Shown piece by piece: positions 46,678 through 56,933 of a stretch of 64,000 nucleotides of DNA. The DNA comes from Candidatus Aminicenantales bacterium (GTDB lineage Bacteria; Acidobacteriota; Aminicenantia; Aminicenantales; UBA4085): NCBI GenBank assembly GCA_049515535.1, contig JBEKTZ010000002.1, forward strand, positions 211,467-275,466. Direction: 5' to 3'. The position numbers and the translations under genes are program-made. Under the pieces are notes generated by a model. The model made no database searches. It was not told the DNA's origin and was given only the letters and a program-made list of their open reading frames with translations. Numbering within the stretch: the first letter of the stretch is position 1; every line of letters starts with the position of its first letter.

Positions 46678-49600
46678 TCGGCGCCGGCCTTCTTTTTTCC
46701 AAACTTCAGAACGACATCGTCCAGGATCGAATAGACAACCGGGATGACGACCAGCGTCAGAACCGTCGAGCTGATCAGTCCGCCGATGATCGTGTAGCCG
46801 ATCGCCGCGCGGAATCCGGAGCTCGTCCCGAATCCGACCGCCACCGGAATCATGCCCAGGATCATGGCCATCGAGGTCATCAGAATGGGCCGGAGGCGCG
46901 TCGAGCCGGCTTCGATGATGGCCTCAAAACGCTTCATCCCCCGCCGCCGTAACACATTCGTGTAATCGACGAGCAGGATCGAGTTTTTCGTCACCAGTCC
47001 CATGAGCATGATCAGGCCGATGAAGGCGACCATGTCGAAGAGTTTATTGGCGAGCAGGAGTCCGAGGACTGCGCCGATGATGGAGAGGGGGAGGGCGAGC
47101 ATGATGATGAACGGCTGGACGAAAGACCCGAACTGGGAGGCCAGGACCATGTAGATGAGCACGATGGCCAGGCCCAGCGCGAGGAAGAAAGAGGCGAACA
47201 TTTTGCGGTTCTGTTCGACCTGCCCTCCGAACTGATAGGTCACGTCCTTGGGGAGATTGAGCGCGGCGAGCGATTCATTGACCTTCTGGGTGATCTCGTT
47301 CAAGGGCCGTCCCCTGAGGATGTTGGCCCCGATCATGATCTGCCGCGTCCGATCGGCCCGCCGAATCTGGGTCGGGCCGCTGACGGTCACCAATCCGCCG
47401 ATCTGATCCAAGGTGATGGTCCCGCCGCGCATGGTCGGCAGATAGACCTGCCCGAGCTTTTCGAGATTGGACCGCACGCTTTCCGTCGCCCGGACGCGGA
47501 TGTCGTAAAGCTTTTCGTTCTCCCGGAATTTGGAGGCGATATCGCCGTCGACGATCGAACGCATCGTCGCGGCAATCTGGGCCGTTCCGGTCCCGAGGCG
47601 GGCGGCCCGATCGCGATCGATTTTGATCTGGATTTCGGGCTTGGGCGGCCGGTTGTCGCTGTTGACGTCGACCAGGCCGTTGATGTTCTGGAGCGCAAAC
47701 TTGACCCTTTCACTGGAGGCGCTGAGGACGGCGAGATCCGTCCCCTTCAGGTTGATCTGGATGGGGAGCTGTTGCAGGGCGGCGAACGCCGCGCCGCCCA
47801 TGGAGCTGGCTTCCTGGAACGTAATGGTGGCGCCCGGGATATCCGCCAGCTTGGGACGGAGCTTGTCTTGATAATCCCGGGCCTCTTTGGTCGGGATCGT
47901 CAGCTTGACGTTGAGGGAAGCCACGTCGGATGAACCATCCGTGGATCCCACGACCGCGGCCACGTCCCCGACTTCGGGCTGCTGTTTCAGGATTCTCTCG
48001 ATGTCATGAACGATCTGGTCGGTCTGGTCGAGCGAACTGCCGGACGGAGTCTGGACGACGAGGTTGAATTCGGCCCGCTCCCCGTGGGGCGTTCCGCCGG
48101 TCCCGACGACGGTGAAGAGATACGCGCTGATCAGGAAAACGACGGTCGTGATCGCGATCATGGTTTTCCGGTGCTTGAGGGCCCAGCGAAGGATAGGACG
48201 ATAGTTCTGTCCGAGTTTATCGTAGAAGAATGTCACCATCCCCTGGAAACGCGACCCCAGAGTTTTCTTCACGCCGGGCTTGGATTTTTTAAAGAAATAC
48301 GCCGACAGCATGGGCGCGAACGTGAACGCCTCGAAGAGCGAGATCAGGACGGCGGCCGTGACCGTGATCCCGAATTGGCGGAAAAATTTTCCGGCGATTC
48401 CCGTCGTGAACGCGACGGGAAGGAAGACGGCGACGAGGGTCAACGTCGTGGCGGTGACCGCCAACCCGACTTCCGACGTGCCTTCGCTCGCCGCGACGCG
48501 GGGGTCCTGTCCCAGTTTCTCCATATGCCGGAAAATATTCTCGCGGACGACGATGGCATCATCGATCAGGAGGCCGACCGACAGACTCAAGGCCAGCAGG
48601 GTGATCATGTTCACCGTGTACCCGAGCGCGGCCATGACGGAGAAGGAGGCGATGATGCAAACCGGCAATCCGGCCACGGTGATCAGCGTATTACGGAGGT
48701 CGCCGAACGAAAAGAGCACGACGAGCGCGGCGAACAGAATGCCGAGGACCAGGCTGTTGATGACGTCGTCGCGGGATTCGTTGATCATGACGGACGAGTC
48801 CGTGGACGTCCGGATGTCGAGATCGGGATTGGCTTTTTTGATCGCCTCGATCCTTTTGCCCACCTGGTCCGCGACCTTGACCGTATTCGTTCCGGATTGT
48901 TTCTGGACGATAAGCGAAATGCATTCCCGGCCGTTGATCCGGGAAATCGCCCGCTTGGTTTTGAAGTCATCCTTGACGACGGCGAGATCTTTCAAGTGGA
49001 CCGGCATGCCGCCGACATTGGCGACGACGATATCCAGCATCTCCGCGAGGTTCGTGAACTCGGCCTTGGTCCGGATCAGGAAATCCTGGGACTTCTCGGT
49101 GACGCGGCCGGCGGGCAAATTCAAATTCTCGCCCCGGATGGCCTGCGTGACCTGAGCGATGGAGATCCCTTGAGCGTTCATGACTTCCAGGTTCACTTCG
49201 ACCTGAATCTCGCGCTCCAAACCTCCAATGAGGTCCACGGCCCCCACCCCATCCACCTGCTGGATCAGGACCTTGATCTTGTCGTCGACGAACTCCCGGA
49301 CCTGCGGAAGGCTCATGCGTCCGCTTTTGCTCAGGATGGCGAAGGAGATGATCGGGACCGCCGAGGGATCGAACTTATTGATGATGGGTTCGATGATTTC
49401 GCGGGGAAGCGTGTTCCGGATCGCGGCGACCTTTTCTCGGACCTCGGTCGCGGCCAGTTGGGCGTCCTTCTCCAGGACGAATGCGGCAAGGATGGTCGAG
49501 ATGCCTTCGGCCGAGGTCGAAGTGATCTTGTCGAGGCCGTTGATGGTGCTCAGAGCGTCCTCGATCGGCTTGGTGACCTGGGATTCCATCTCCTCGGGGC

Positions 49601-49763
49601 CGACTCCGGGGTTGGCGATCACCACGGCGACGTAGGGCAGCGAGACGTCGGGCATCAGATCGACGCCCAGCCGGGAGTAAGAGAGAACGCCCACGACCAC
49701 CAGGCTCAGGATGACCATGGTGATGAAGACGGGCTGTTTGATCGAAATATCGGCGATTCTCAT
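46674..49763 (-). CDS. RND efflux permease (AcrB/AcrD/AcrF family)
   Basis: LLIDDAIVVRENI, GLVTKNSILLVD, RLRPILMTS. Confidence 0.95.
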   Translation of the reverse strand: MRIADISIKQPVFITMVILSLVVVGVLSYSRLGVDLMPDVSLPYVAVVIANPGVGPEEMESQVTKPIEDALSTINGLDKITSTSAEGISTILAAFVLEKDAQLAATEVREKVAAIRNTLPREIIEPIINKFDPSAVPIISFAILSKSGRMSLPQVREFVDDKIKVLIQQVDGVGAVDLIGGLEREIQVEVNLEVMNAQGISIAQVTQAIRGENLNLPAGRVTEKSQDFLIRTKAEFTNLAEMLDIVVANVGGMPVHLKDLAVVKDDFKTKRAISRINGRECISLIVQKQSGTNTVKVADQVGKRIEAIKKANPDLDIRTSTDSSVMINESRDDVINSLVLGILFAALVVLFSFGDLRNTLITVAGLPVCIIASFSVMAALGYTVNMITLLALSLSVGLLIDDAIVVRENIFRHMEKLGQDPRVAASEGTSEVGLAVTATTLTLVAVFLPVAFTTGIAGKFFRQFGITVTAAVLISLFEAFTFAPMLSAYFFKKSKPGVKKTLGSRFQGMVTFFYDKLGQNYRPILRWALKHRKTMIAITTVVFLISAYLFTVVGTGGTPHGERAEFNLVVQTPSGSSLDQTDQIVHDIERILKQQPEVGDVAAVVGSTDGSSDVASLNVKLTIPTKEARDYQDKLRPKLADIPGATITFQEASSMGGAAFAALQQLPIQINLKGTDLAVLSASSERVKFALQNINGLVDVNSDNRPPKPEIQIKIDRDRAARLGTGTAQIAATMRSIVDGDIASKFRENEKLYDIRVRATESVRSNLEKLGQVYLPTMRGGTITLDQIGGLVTVSGPTQIRRADRTRQIMIGANILRGRPLNEITQKVNESLAALNLPKDVTYQFGGQVEQNRKMFASFFLALGLAIVLIYMVLASQFGSFVQPFIIMLALPLSIIGAVLGLLLANKLFDMVAFIGLIMLMGLVTKNSILLVDYTNVLRRRGMKRFEAIIEAGSTRLRPILMTSMAMILGMIPVAVGFGTSSGFRAAIGYTIIGGLISSTVLTLVVIPVVYSILDDVVLKFGKKKAGAD

Positions 49764-49777
49764 GGCGGAACCGTTTC

Positions 49778-50695
49778 TCAGTCGGCCGTTGTCGACCGGT
49801 CGACGATCTTGATCTTGTCTTTGTCGTTGAGCTGGCCGGCGCCCGTGGTGATAACCTGCTCGTCCCCCCTGAGGCCCGAAAGGATCTCCAGGGCGTCACC
49901 GACGACGGCTCCGACGGTCACGATATTCAGCCGGGCCCGGTCGCCATCGACGAGGAAGACGCCCTTCCGACCTCCCCGATCCACGACCGCGCTCAAGGGA
50001 ACGACGACCGCCGCCCTCCTGCCGATCGTCCATTCGACCTCGGCGTACATTCCCGGTTTGATCCGGTGGCTGGGGTTCGGAATGGTCAATTCGACGTCGA
50101 CCGCGCGGCTGAGGGGATTGCCGACCGGACTGATATTCGTGACTCGGGCGGAAAAGATTTCGCCGGGATAGGCTTCGAGGGTCACGAGGGCGCCCTGGCC
50201 GATCGCGATAAAGCGGATCTTCTTCTCATCCACCGCCGCGACCGCTTTCACGAGGTCGATATCGACCAAGTTCATGATCGGCGAGTTGGGATTGACCGAA
50301 GCCCCGGGATTCAGGAGGATCCGGGCCACGACCCCCTTGGCATCGCTCTTGACCTCGAACGGCTTGTAATCGTATCCGACCTCGTCGCGATTGACGACGC
50401 ATACGATCTGGCCGGGCTGGATGACGCTTCCCATCTTGACCAGGTTATTGGCGATCTTGCCGCTCACCTTCGAAAAGACGGAGACCTCGGCGTCCGACTG
50501 GATGCCGCCGACCGCGTGGACCTTCTCGGCAATCTCCGTCCGGCTCGGCCGGACGGTTTCCACCGGGACAATGGTCTCGGCGACGGGCTGGCTCATGGCC
50601 TTTTTTTTGGCTTGAATGTTCTGGTTGGCCCGGAAACCCACGAGGGCCGCGAGAACGATCAAGATGAGAACGATCAGAATTCTTCCGATTTTCAT
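49778..50695 (-). CDS. RND periplasmic adaptor (MFP), apparently lacking the alpha-hairpin
   Basis: SKVSGKI lipoyl half, YPGEIFSARV..ISP, IKPGMYA, GLRGDEQVIT.G. Confidence 0.88.
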   Translation of the reverse strand: MKIGRILIVLILIVLAALVGFRANQNIQAKKKAMSQPVAETIVPVETVRPSRTEIAEKVHAVGGIQSDAEVSVFSKVSGKIANNLVKMGSVIQPGQIVCVVNRDEVGYDYKPFEVKSDAKGVVARILLNPGASVNPNSPIMNLVDIDLVKAVAAVDEKKIRFIAIGQGALVTLEAYPGEIFSARVTNISPVGNPLSRAVDVELTIPNPSHRIKPGMYAEVEWTIGRRAAVVVPLSAVVDRGGRKGVFLVDGDRARLNIVTVGAVVGDALEILSGLRGDEQVITTGAGQLNDKDKIKIVDRSTTAD

Positions 50696-51996
50696 AATTT
50701 CCTCCCACAAGAGCGGAACAGACTGAATTTGCTCAATGTATGGCCATAGATCAGTTGCAGATAATTCAGACGGGCGCCTTCAAGCGCGTTCTGCGTATCG
50801 ATGAGTTCCGTGGCGCTGAGAAGGCCGTTCCGATAGCGCTCCTCGGCGATCCGCAGCGCGTTTTCGGCCTGCTTGATCTTTGTTTTTTCGATCTCGAGCT
50901 TCAACTCGGCGGTTTTGATATCCGCCAGGGCGGATTGGATTTCCAGGTCGACGTTCCGCTCGAGGTCGGTTTTTCTCATTTCAATGGTTCTCATATTGGA
51001 TTCGGCCTGGGCCACCTGCGCGGCCGTCCGCTTGCCGTCGAACACCGGATAGGAAACCGAGAGCGTCGCGGTCCAGTTCCCTTGGATTTTTTCCATGTCC
51101 GGCATGAATCCATTTCGGAATTGATAGGCAAACGCGGCGGCCACGGTCGGTTTATCGGACGTCTTGGCCAGATCGCGAGAGGCCCGACCGAGATCGAGCT
51201 GGTGTTGGACCTGCTGGAATTCGAGCCGGTTAACCAGAGCTTCTTTGATCAGATCGTCCCCACGAAAATTCATGGCTTCGAACGCCAGATCGGCGGCCGG
51301 ATCGAAGGGCGCGCCGTCTTCGCGGCCGGACAGGACGTTGAAGGCGATCCGGAATTTGTTGATATTGTTCTCGAAATCGAGCTTCTGGGCTTCGAGAGCG
51401 CTGATCTGGACCTTGATCAGATCCAAGTCGAAGCTCGAGGTCAAGCCGGCATCGAACCGCTGTTTCGTGATATCCAGCTTCTTTTCGAAGGCCATGAGAT
51501 TTTCATCCAGGACCTTGATCGCCTCCTTGAAAAAGACCGTCCCGTAGAACAGGGGAACGACCTGATAGGCCAGCGCGTGTTTGGCCAGGGCGACGCCGTC
51601 CAAGGCCAGGTCCCACCCGGCCTTGTTCATCTCGACCATCCGCGCCGTCCGGCCCCAGTTGAACACCTGCTCCGCCACCGAGGCCTGCATGTTGTAGTTG
51701 TTCGGCAGCCCGAATTTGAAATTGAATGTCTGGCCCAAGAACTCCATGGTCATTTCGCTGATGAGGCTCATCCGCGCATAGCTCGCGCCGACGCTGATCT
51801 GAGGCCAATAAAGGCTTTTGGTCTCTTGGATTTTCATTTCGGCGCCGGACGCGGATTCTTCCGCCATCAGGACCTGCGGGCTGTTCTTCAGAATGAGATC
51901 GACGGATTCCTTGAGCGTCAGCTTGTCCTGGGCAAAGACCGCCGTCGCTCCCATGAGCGCCAGGGCGATGACGGCTCTATGAAAGGAATTTTTCAT
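50692..51996 (-). CDS. TolC family outer membrane protein
   Basis: Signal peptide; [22 protein letters not shown] repeats. Confidence 0.9.
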   Translation of the reverse strand: MKNSFHRAVIALALMGATAVFAQDKLTLKESVDLILKNSPQVLMAEESASGAEMKIQETKSLYWPQISVGASYARMSLISEMTMEFLGQTFNFKFGLPNNYNMQASVAEQVFNWGRTARMVEMNKAGWDLALDGVALAKHALAYQVVPLFYGTVFFKEAIKVLDENLMAFEKKLDITKQRFDAGLTSSFDLDLIKVQISALEAQKLDFENNINKFRIAFNVLSGREDGAPFDPAADLAFEAMNFRGDDLIKEALVNRLEFQQVQHQLDLGRASRDLAKTSDKPTVAAAFAYQFRNGFMPDMEKIQGNWTATLSVSYPVFDGKRTAAQVAQAESNMRTIEMRKTDLERNVDLEIQSALADIKTAELKLEIEKTKIKQAENALRIAEERYRNGLLSATELIDTQNALEGARLNYLQLIYGHTLSKFSLFRSCGRKL

Positions 51997-52604
51997 GATG
52001 GATCCTCCATGACGCGTTTGACAAGATCGATAAAGAAGCGGACCGCCGCCTGGGCTTCGGCCTTCTGTCCCTCGAGAAGCTTGAGGCCTATGCCGATATG
52101 CAGCGTCCGGACGAATTTCAGGAGATCTTCGAGTTTGAACGGAACGCCTTCCTTCCGGATTCTTTTCCGCAGTTCCTCAAGGAGGGACTTGACGTGGACA
52201 TCGTAGGTATGGGTCGAGGCTCGGATCGCATCGGGATTTTCGAACCGGATGACCCCGCAAAGACACGGAAGGAAGATCTTGAGATAGCCGATGTTCCGAT
52301 CGAAGTATTCGATATAGAAGTCGAAAGATTGCTCCAGTATCTCGATGAACGTGGACGATGTCGAGATCATCCGCCGGACCTCGGCATGAACCTTGGCCGA
52401 TTCCCGCTTGAGAAGATGCATGAAGATCTCGTCCTTGCTCTTGAAATAATAATAAAGCGTCCCCTTGGCCAGCTCGGCCGCTTCGGCGATGTCGTCCATG
52501 CGGGCGCGGTGATAGCCGTGTTCGGCGAATATATTCTCGGCCGCCACCAGGATGGCCGCCAGCCGTGACTTCTCTTCGCGTTCCCTGCGCTCTTTCACGC
52601 TCAT
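51993..52604 (-). CDS. TetR/AcrR family regulator
   Basis: [26 protein letters not shown]. Confidence 0.93.
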   Translation of the reverse strand: MSVKERREREEKSRLAAILVAAENIFAEHGYHRARMDDIAEAAELAKGTLYYYFKSKDEIFMHLLKRESAKVHAEVRRMISTSSTFIEILEQSFDFYIEYFDRNIGYLKIFLPCLCGVIRFENPDAIRASTHTYDVHVKSLLEELRKRIRKEGVPFKLEDLLKFVRTLHIGIGLKLLEGQKAEAQAAVRFFIDLVKRVMEDPS

Positions 52605-52607
52605 TTT

Positions 52608-52670
52608 TCGACCCTCCGGTCATTTTAAAACTAGAAAGTCATATTATGCCGATTAAGTCGTATTTGTCAA
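52608..52670 (-). promoter_or_regulatory. Promoter and probable TetR operators for the RND operon
   Basis: Minus-strand TTGACA-18bp-TAATAT; GACC-N4-GGTC palindrome and repeated AAGTC(A/G)TATT. Confidence 0.55.
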
Positions 52671-52786
52671 GAGGACGACGGCGAAACGCGTATTCGCCTC
52701 GTCTTGGAAACTGGGCTACGGTCAGGATGATGGCGAAACGCGGATTTGACATGAAAAAACGAGCTGGTATAAGCTGGTCCCTCCTC

Positions 52787-53203
52787 ATGAAAAGCTTCCG
52801 CAAAGAACTGTGGTTCGATGTGCCGGCCCGCCGGGCCTTCATCAATATCACCCCTCAGGTCGAAGACTGTCTCCGGGAGAGTGGAATCCGCGAGGGCCTC
52901 GTCCTGATCAATGCCATGCACATCACGGCCTCCGTCTTCGTCAATGACGACGAATCCGGTCTGCATCATGACTTCGATGTCTGGCTCGAATGGCTGGCCC
53001 CCCATGAGCCCGTCTCCGCCTACCGCCATAACACGGGCGAAGACAACGCCGACGCCCATCTCAAGCGGCAGGTCATGGGCCGAGAGGTCGTCGCGGCGGT
53101 GACGAACGGCCGTCTCGACTTCGGTCCGTGGGAACAGATCTTCTACGGCGAATTCGACGGCCGGCGCCGGAAGCGGGTTCTGGTCAAGATCATCGGGGAA
53201 TGA
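52787..53203 (+). CDS. yjbQ: YjbQ/UPF0047 family protein
   Basis: [32 protein letters not shown]. Confidence 0.9.
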   Translation: MKSFRKELWFDVPARRAFINITPQVEDCLRESGIREGLVLINAMHITASVFVNDDESGLHHDFDVWLEWLAPHEPVSAYRHNTGEDNADAHLKRQVMGREVVAAVTNGRLDFGPWEQIFYGEFDGRRRKRVLVKIIGE

Positions 53204-53232
53204 GAGATATCCTATCGAGACGCGGAGGAAAC

Positions 53233-54762
53233 ATGACGTCTAAAGCCTTATCCAGATTTTTTATCGTCGGCCTCATCCTTCTTCTTTGTCAGCCGGTTTT
53301 TTATGGACAGGCTCCGGCCAAAATGAAGGTCGCCAAGGAAAAGCAGCTCGTCCTTGACTGGCTCAGTCAACCCCCGACCGTGGAAAAGTTCGGCAAGATT
53401 GCGGATTCGATCTGGTCGTACGCCGAGCTCGGGCTTCAAGAATTCAAATCCTCCAAGCTCCTGGCCGACACCCTCGAGCAGGCCGGGTTCAAGGTCGAGC
53501 GGGGGCTGGCCGGCATGCCGACCTGTTTCGTCGCGACCTACGGCTCCGGAAAGCCGGTGATCGGCCTCCTCGGGGAATTTGACGCCTTGCCTATGCTTTC
53601 CCAGAAGGGCCGGGTCCCTACGCAGGACCCGTTGATCGACGGAGCGCCGGGACACGGCTGCGGCCATAACACGATGTGCACGGCCGCCGCGGCCGCGGCC
53701 ATCGCCGTAAAAGAGGCCATGGACAAAACCGGCATCAAAGGGACGATCAAGGTTTTCGGCTCCCCGGCCGAAGAAATCGTCGTCAGCCGGCCTTTCATGA
53801 TCCGGGCCGGGCTTTTCAACGACGTCGACGCCGTCATCGACAACCACAGCAGCAGCGGCTTCGGGACGAGCTACGGAAGAGGAGGCAACGCCGTCTTTTC
53901 CGTGATGTTCTCGTTCAAGGGAAAAACCGCCCATGGGGCCGCCGCCTGGGCCGGCCGCAGCGCCCTGGACGCCGTCGAGATCATGGATGTCGCGACCAAC
54001 TTCCTGCGCGAGCATCTTGACCCCGCCTATCGTCTGCATTATGTGATCACCGAAGGCGGCCAGGCGCCGAACGTCGTCCCCGACCGGGCCAGCGTCTGGT
54101 ATTACGTCCGGAACAGCGACGAGAGCGTTGGGGACATGTTCGAGCGGGTCCTCAACTGCGCGAAGGCCGGTGCCCTTGCCTCCGGGACCGAACTCCTACC
54201 GCCGCAATTCATCGCCGCCGTCCACCAAACCCATAGCAACCGGGCCGCGGCCGAGCTCTTCCAGAAGAACATCGAGCTGGTCGGCATGCCCCAGTGGACG
54301 GAGGAAGAACATGCCTTTGCCAGAGCCCTTCAAAAATCGCTGAACGCGAAGGAAGAAGGCATGCCGACGAAAGTGGATCCTTTCCGGGCCCCAAGCGGCG
54401 TTTCGATCGGCGGCGGATCGACCGATGTCGGGGACGTCACCCTCATCGCCCCCACGGCCACGATCCGTTTCCCCGGCCAGGCGCCCGGCGTGATCAACCA
54501 TCATTGGTCATGCGTAGCCTGCAACTACGGCTCGACCGCCTGGAAAGGGCTGAACGCGGGAGCTAAAGCCATCGCCGCTTCCGCCATCGATCTTCTGACG
54601 AAGCCGGAAGAGCTGAAAAAACTGAGGGCTGAATTCGAAGAATATGCGAAGAAGTATCCCTACAAGCCGTTTCTCCCAGCCGATGCTAAACCACCCCTCT
54701 CCCTCAATGAAGAACTGATGAAAAAATTCGGTCCGTTGCTTGAAAAATTCGAGATTCGGTGA
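53233..54762 (+). CDS. M20 amidohydrolase, AbgB-like, with a signal peptide
   Basis: AELGLQEF, EFDALP, GHGCGHN, PAEE, GGSTDVGDV. Confidence 0.88.
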   Translation: MTSKALSRFFIVGLILLLCQPVFYGQAPAKMKVAKEKQLVLDWLSQPPTVEKFGKIADSIWSYAELGLQEFKSSKLLADTLEQAGFKVERGLAGMPTCFVATYGSGKPVIGLLGEFDALPMLSQKGRVPTQDPLIDGAPGHGCGHNTMCTAAAAAAIAVKEAMDKTGIKGTIKVFGSPAEEIVVSRPFMIRAGLFNDVDAVIDNHSSSGFGTSYGRGGNAVFSVMFSFKGKTAHGAAAWAGRSALDAVEIMDVATNFLREHLDPAYRLHYVITEGGQAPNVVPDRASVWYYVRNSDESVGDMFERVLNCAKAGALASGTELLPPQFIAAVHQTHSNRAAAELFQKNIELVGMPQWTEEEHAFARALQKSLNAKEEGMPTKVDPFRAPSGVSIGGGSTDVGDVTLIAPTATIRFPGQAPGVINHHWSCVACNYGSTAWKGLNAGAKAIAASAIDLLTKPEELKKLRAEFEEYAKKYPYKPFLPADAKPPLSLNEELMKKFGPLLEKFEIR

Positions 54763-54852
54763 CAGGCGACCCGTCGCCTAAATATCTCCTCCTGCAATCG
54801 ACATTACGCTAGAGGATTGTATATCGCCGAGGAGAGCTCATTCCCGTGTTTG

Positions 54853-55299
54853 TCACAGGAATTCTATGTCGTCGGGGAGCTCGTTTTTATCGGTCAACGG
54901 ATCGTAGGGGAAATGGACGGCCAACTGTTCTCCGGCTTTGGCGATGCCTTTGACGAGTCCTTCTTGAAAACGGCCTTTTCGGAAATCCTCGGACATGACC
55001 ACCGCCAGATTCTCCCAAAAATCCTGGCCGACCTTGGCGTGGATGCCTTCGTCACCAAGGACGACGAACCGGCGGCGCGAGGGCACGATAAAAAAGAGGA
55101 TCCCGTTCCGCAGCTTCGTATTGGTCATACCGAGGCGGACAAAGGCCTTTTCGGCGACGGATCGGACTCTTCCCCAAAAAAACCTCGAAACGGATACCCG
55201 GATTTCGCCTGATGTCCTTTTTTCCGCGGTTCGAATGGCCGCCGTGATCTTGTCCGAATCTATGCGTTTTACGAGTTTCCGCCGATGCATGAACGCCAT
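54853..55299 (-). CDS. TPM domain protein
   Basis: AEKRTSGEIRV, RNGILF, GDEGIH, NELPD. Confidence 0.88.
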   Translation of the reverse strand: MAFMHRRKLVKRIDSDKITAAIRTAEKRTSGEIRVSVSRFFWGRVRSVAEKAFVRLGMTNTKLRNGILFFIVPSRRRFVVLGDEGIHAKVGQDFWENLAVVMSEDFRKGRFQEGLVKGIAKAGEQLAVHFPYDPLTDKNELPDDIEFL

Positions 55300-55326
55300 G
55301 ACGTCCTCCTCGCTCTGACCAGGATA

Positions 55327-56088
55327 TCACCACCCGCCCGAGGCGCCTCCGCCTCCCGAGCGGCCTCCTCCTCCGCTGAATCCCCCGCCGCCTCCTCCCC
55401 CGCTTCCGCCGAATCCGCCCCCTCGGCCGCCGCTCAGCATGTTGAACAACAGCCAGAGGGCCAGGGACGGGTGCGTGATGAAGATGATCAAGAAGACAAG
55501 AGCGCCGATGATGAGGAAAATAGGCGGGATCTTGGATCTTGAGGGGGACGGCTCCGGGCCCTGCTCGCGACCCGGCGGCGTATCGTTTAGGATCCGGCCT
55601 TCGATGATGCCGAGGAGGGCGTCCACGGCCCCTTTGACCGCGCCGTCATTGTCGCCGGCCTGGATGCGGGGAAAGAGGATCTCATTGATGACCCGGGAGG
55701 ACTTAGCGTCGGTGACCAGGCCTTCAAGGCCATAGCCGACTTCGATCCTGAGTTTGCGGTCCTCGGCCATGATGAATAGCACGAGGCCGTCATCGATGCC
55801 CTTGCGCCCGGGCTTCCAGGCCTCGAACGCTTTGACGGCGAACTCTTCGATCGGATAACCGCCGGTCGTTTTCCCTATATAGACCAGGACCTGGCGGCCG
55901 CTGGTTTGCGAATAGTTTCTGAGCTCCGCGTTGACGGCTTCGAGGGCGCCCGGAGACAGGAATCCCACCGTATCCGTCGCCCACTGCGCGGGTGACGGGG
56001 GAATGATGATCTCAGCGCGCGCCGACGTGAAGAGGGACAGGCACAGAGCCAGCGCGGCCGGAATGAAACAGAGGCGAAATGCGCGCAC
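55327..56088 (-). CDS. TPM domain protein (YgcG-like) with a Gly-rich tail
   Basis: RIEVGYGLEG; C-terminal GGFSGGGGRSGGGGASGGW. Confidence 0.9.
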   Translation of the reverse strand: MRAFRLCFIPAALALCLSLFTSARAEIIIPPSPAQWATDTVGFLSPGALEAVNAELRNYSQTSGRQVLVYIGKTTGGYPIEEFAVKAFEAWKPGRKGIDDGLVLFIMAEDRKLRIEVGYGLEGLVTDAKSSRVINEILFPRIQAGDNDGAVKGAVDALLGIIEGRILNDTPPGREQGPEPSPSRSKIPPIFLIIGALVFLIIFITHPSLALWLLFNMLSGGRGGGFGGSGGGGGGGFSGGGGRSGGGGASGGW

Positions 56089-56090
56089 GA

Positions 56091-56747
56091 TCAGAATTTG
56101 ACTTTGGGAGCCGTCTCAGCGCCGGCCTGCGCTTTAAAATAGGGTTTTTCGGCGAATCGGGAGCCGAAGAATCCGGCGATCAGCACCGTCGGGAAACTCA
56201 TCCGCTTCGTATTGAAAGCCTGAGAGACCTCATTGAAGCGCATGCGTTCCACGGTAATGCGGTTCTCGGTTCCCTCAAGCTGGGACTGGAGGTCCCGGAA
56301 ATTGGCGGTAGCTTTGAGTTCCGGATATTTTTCGACGACGACCATGAGGCGCGACAGGGCCGAGGACAATCCATCCTGCGCCTGTTGGAATTTGGCAAAG
56401 GCTTCGGGGTTATTGAGAGAGCTGGCATCGAGCTTGACCTGGCCTACTTTGGCCCGCGCCTCCGTCACAGCCGTGAACGTATCCGTTTCAAACTTGGCCG
56501 CGCCTTTGACGGTCTCGACGAGATTCGGGACAAGATCGGCCCGCCGCTGATAGACGTTTTCGACTTGCGCCCACTGGGACTTGACGGTCTGGTCGAGCTT
56601 GTTGAGGCTGTTGTACGTGCCGATCGCCGGCAGGGCGACGATGATAGCGACGATAACCAAGACTCCGAGACAGCCGAGAAGGACGGGGAGAAAACCGATT
56701 TTCCTCTTCGGCGCCTGAACCGGTGTGTTGAGAGTTCCATTTGTCAT
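56091..56747 (-). CDS. lemA: LemA family protein
   Basis: YQRRADLVPNLV, EKYPELKA, LEGTENRI. Confidence 0.93.
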   Translation of the reverse strand: MTNGTLNTPVQAPKRKIGFLPVLLGCLGVLVIVAIIVALPAIGTYNSLNKLDQTVKSQWAQVENVYQRRADLVPNLVETVKGAAKFETDTFTAVTEARAKVGQVKLDASSLNNPEAFAKFQQAQDGLSSALSRLMVVVEKYPELKATANFRDLQSQLEGTENRITVERMRFNEVSQAFNTKRMSFPTVLIAGFFGSRFAEKPYFKAQAGAETAPKVKF

Positions 56748-56933
56748 GTTTTTCCCTTCCTTTCATTTAGATTATATCACACAAGTTTTCCGGAGATACA
56801 TACGGTCTACGCTATAAGCGGTCATACGATTGACGCCCAAAATAGTTTTAAATGGATTTCTCGCAAATCGGGAGCAAGGCCGATTCCGGATCTTCTCTAT
56901 CTCCTCTTCGAGCCCGCATAAAAGCCTAAAAAA

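Noticed and set aside
48006..52206. Long plus-strand ORFs (721 aa and 488 aa)
   Set aside because: Antisense to the well-supported RND, MFP and TolC genes.
55327..55435. Low-complexity CCGCC-rich repeat
   Set aside because: Encodes the normal Gly-rich tail of a TPM/YgcG protein; LemA-TPM-TPM is a known conserved cluster.
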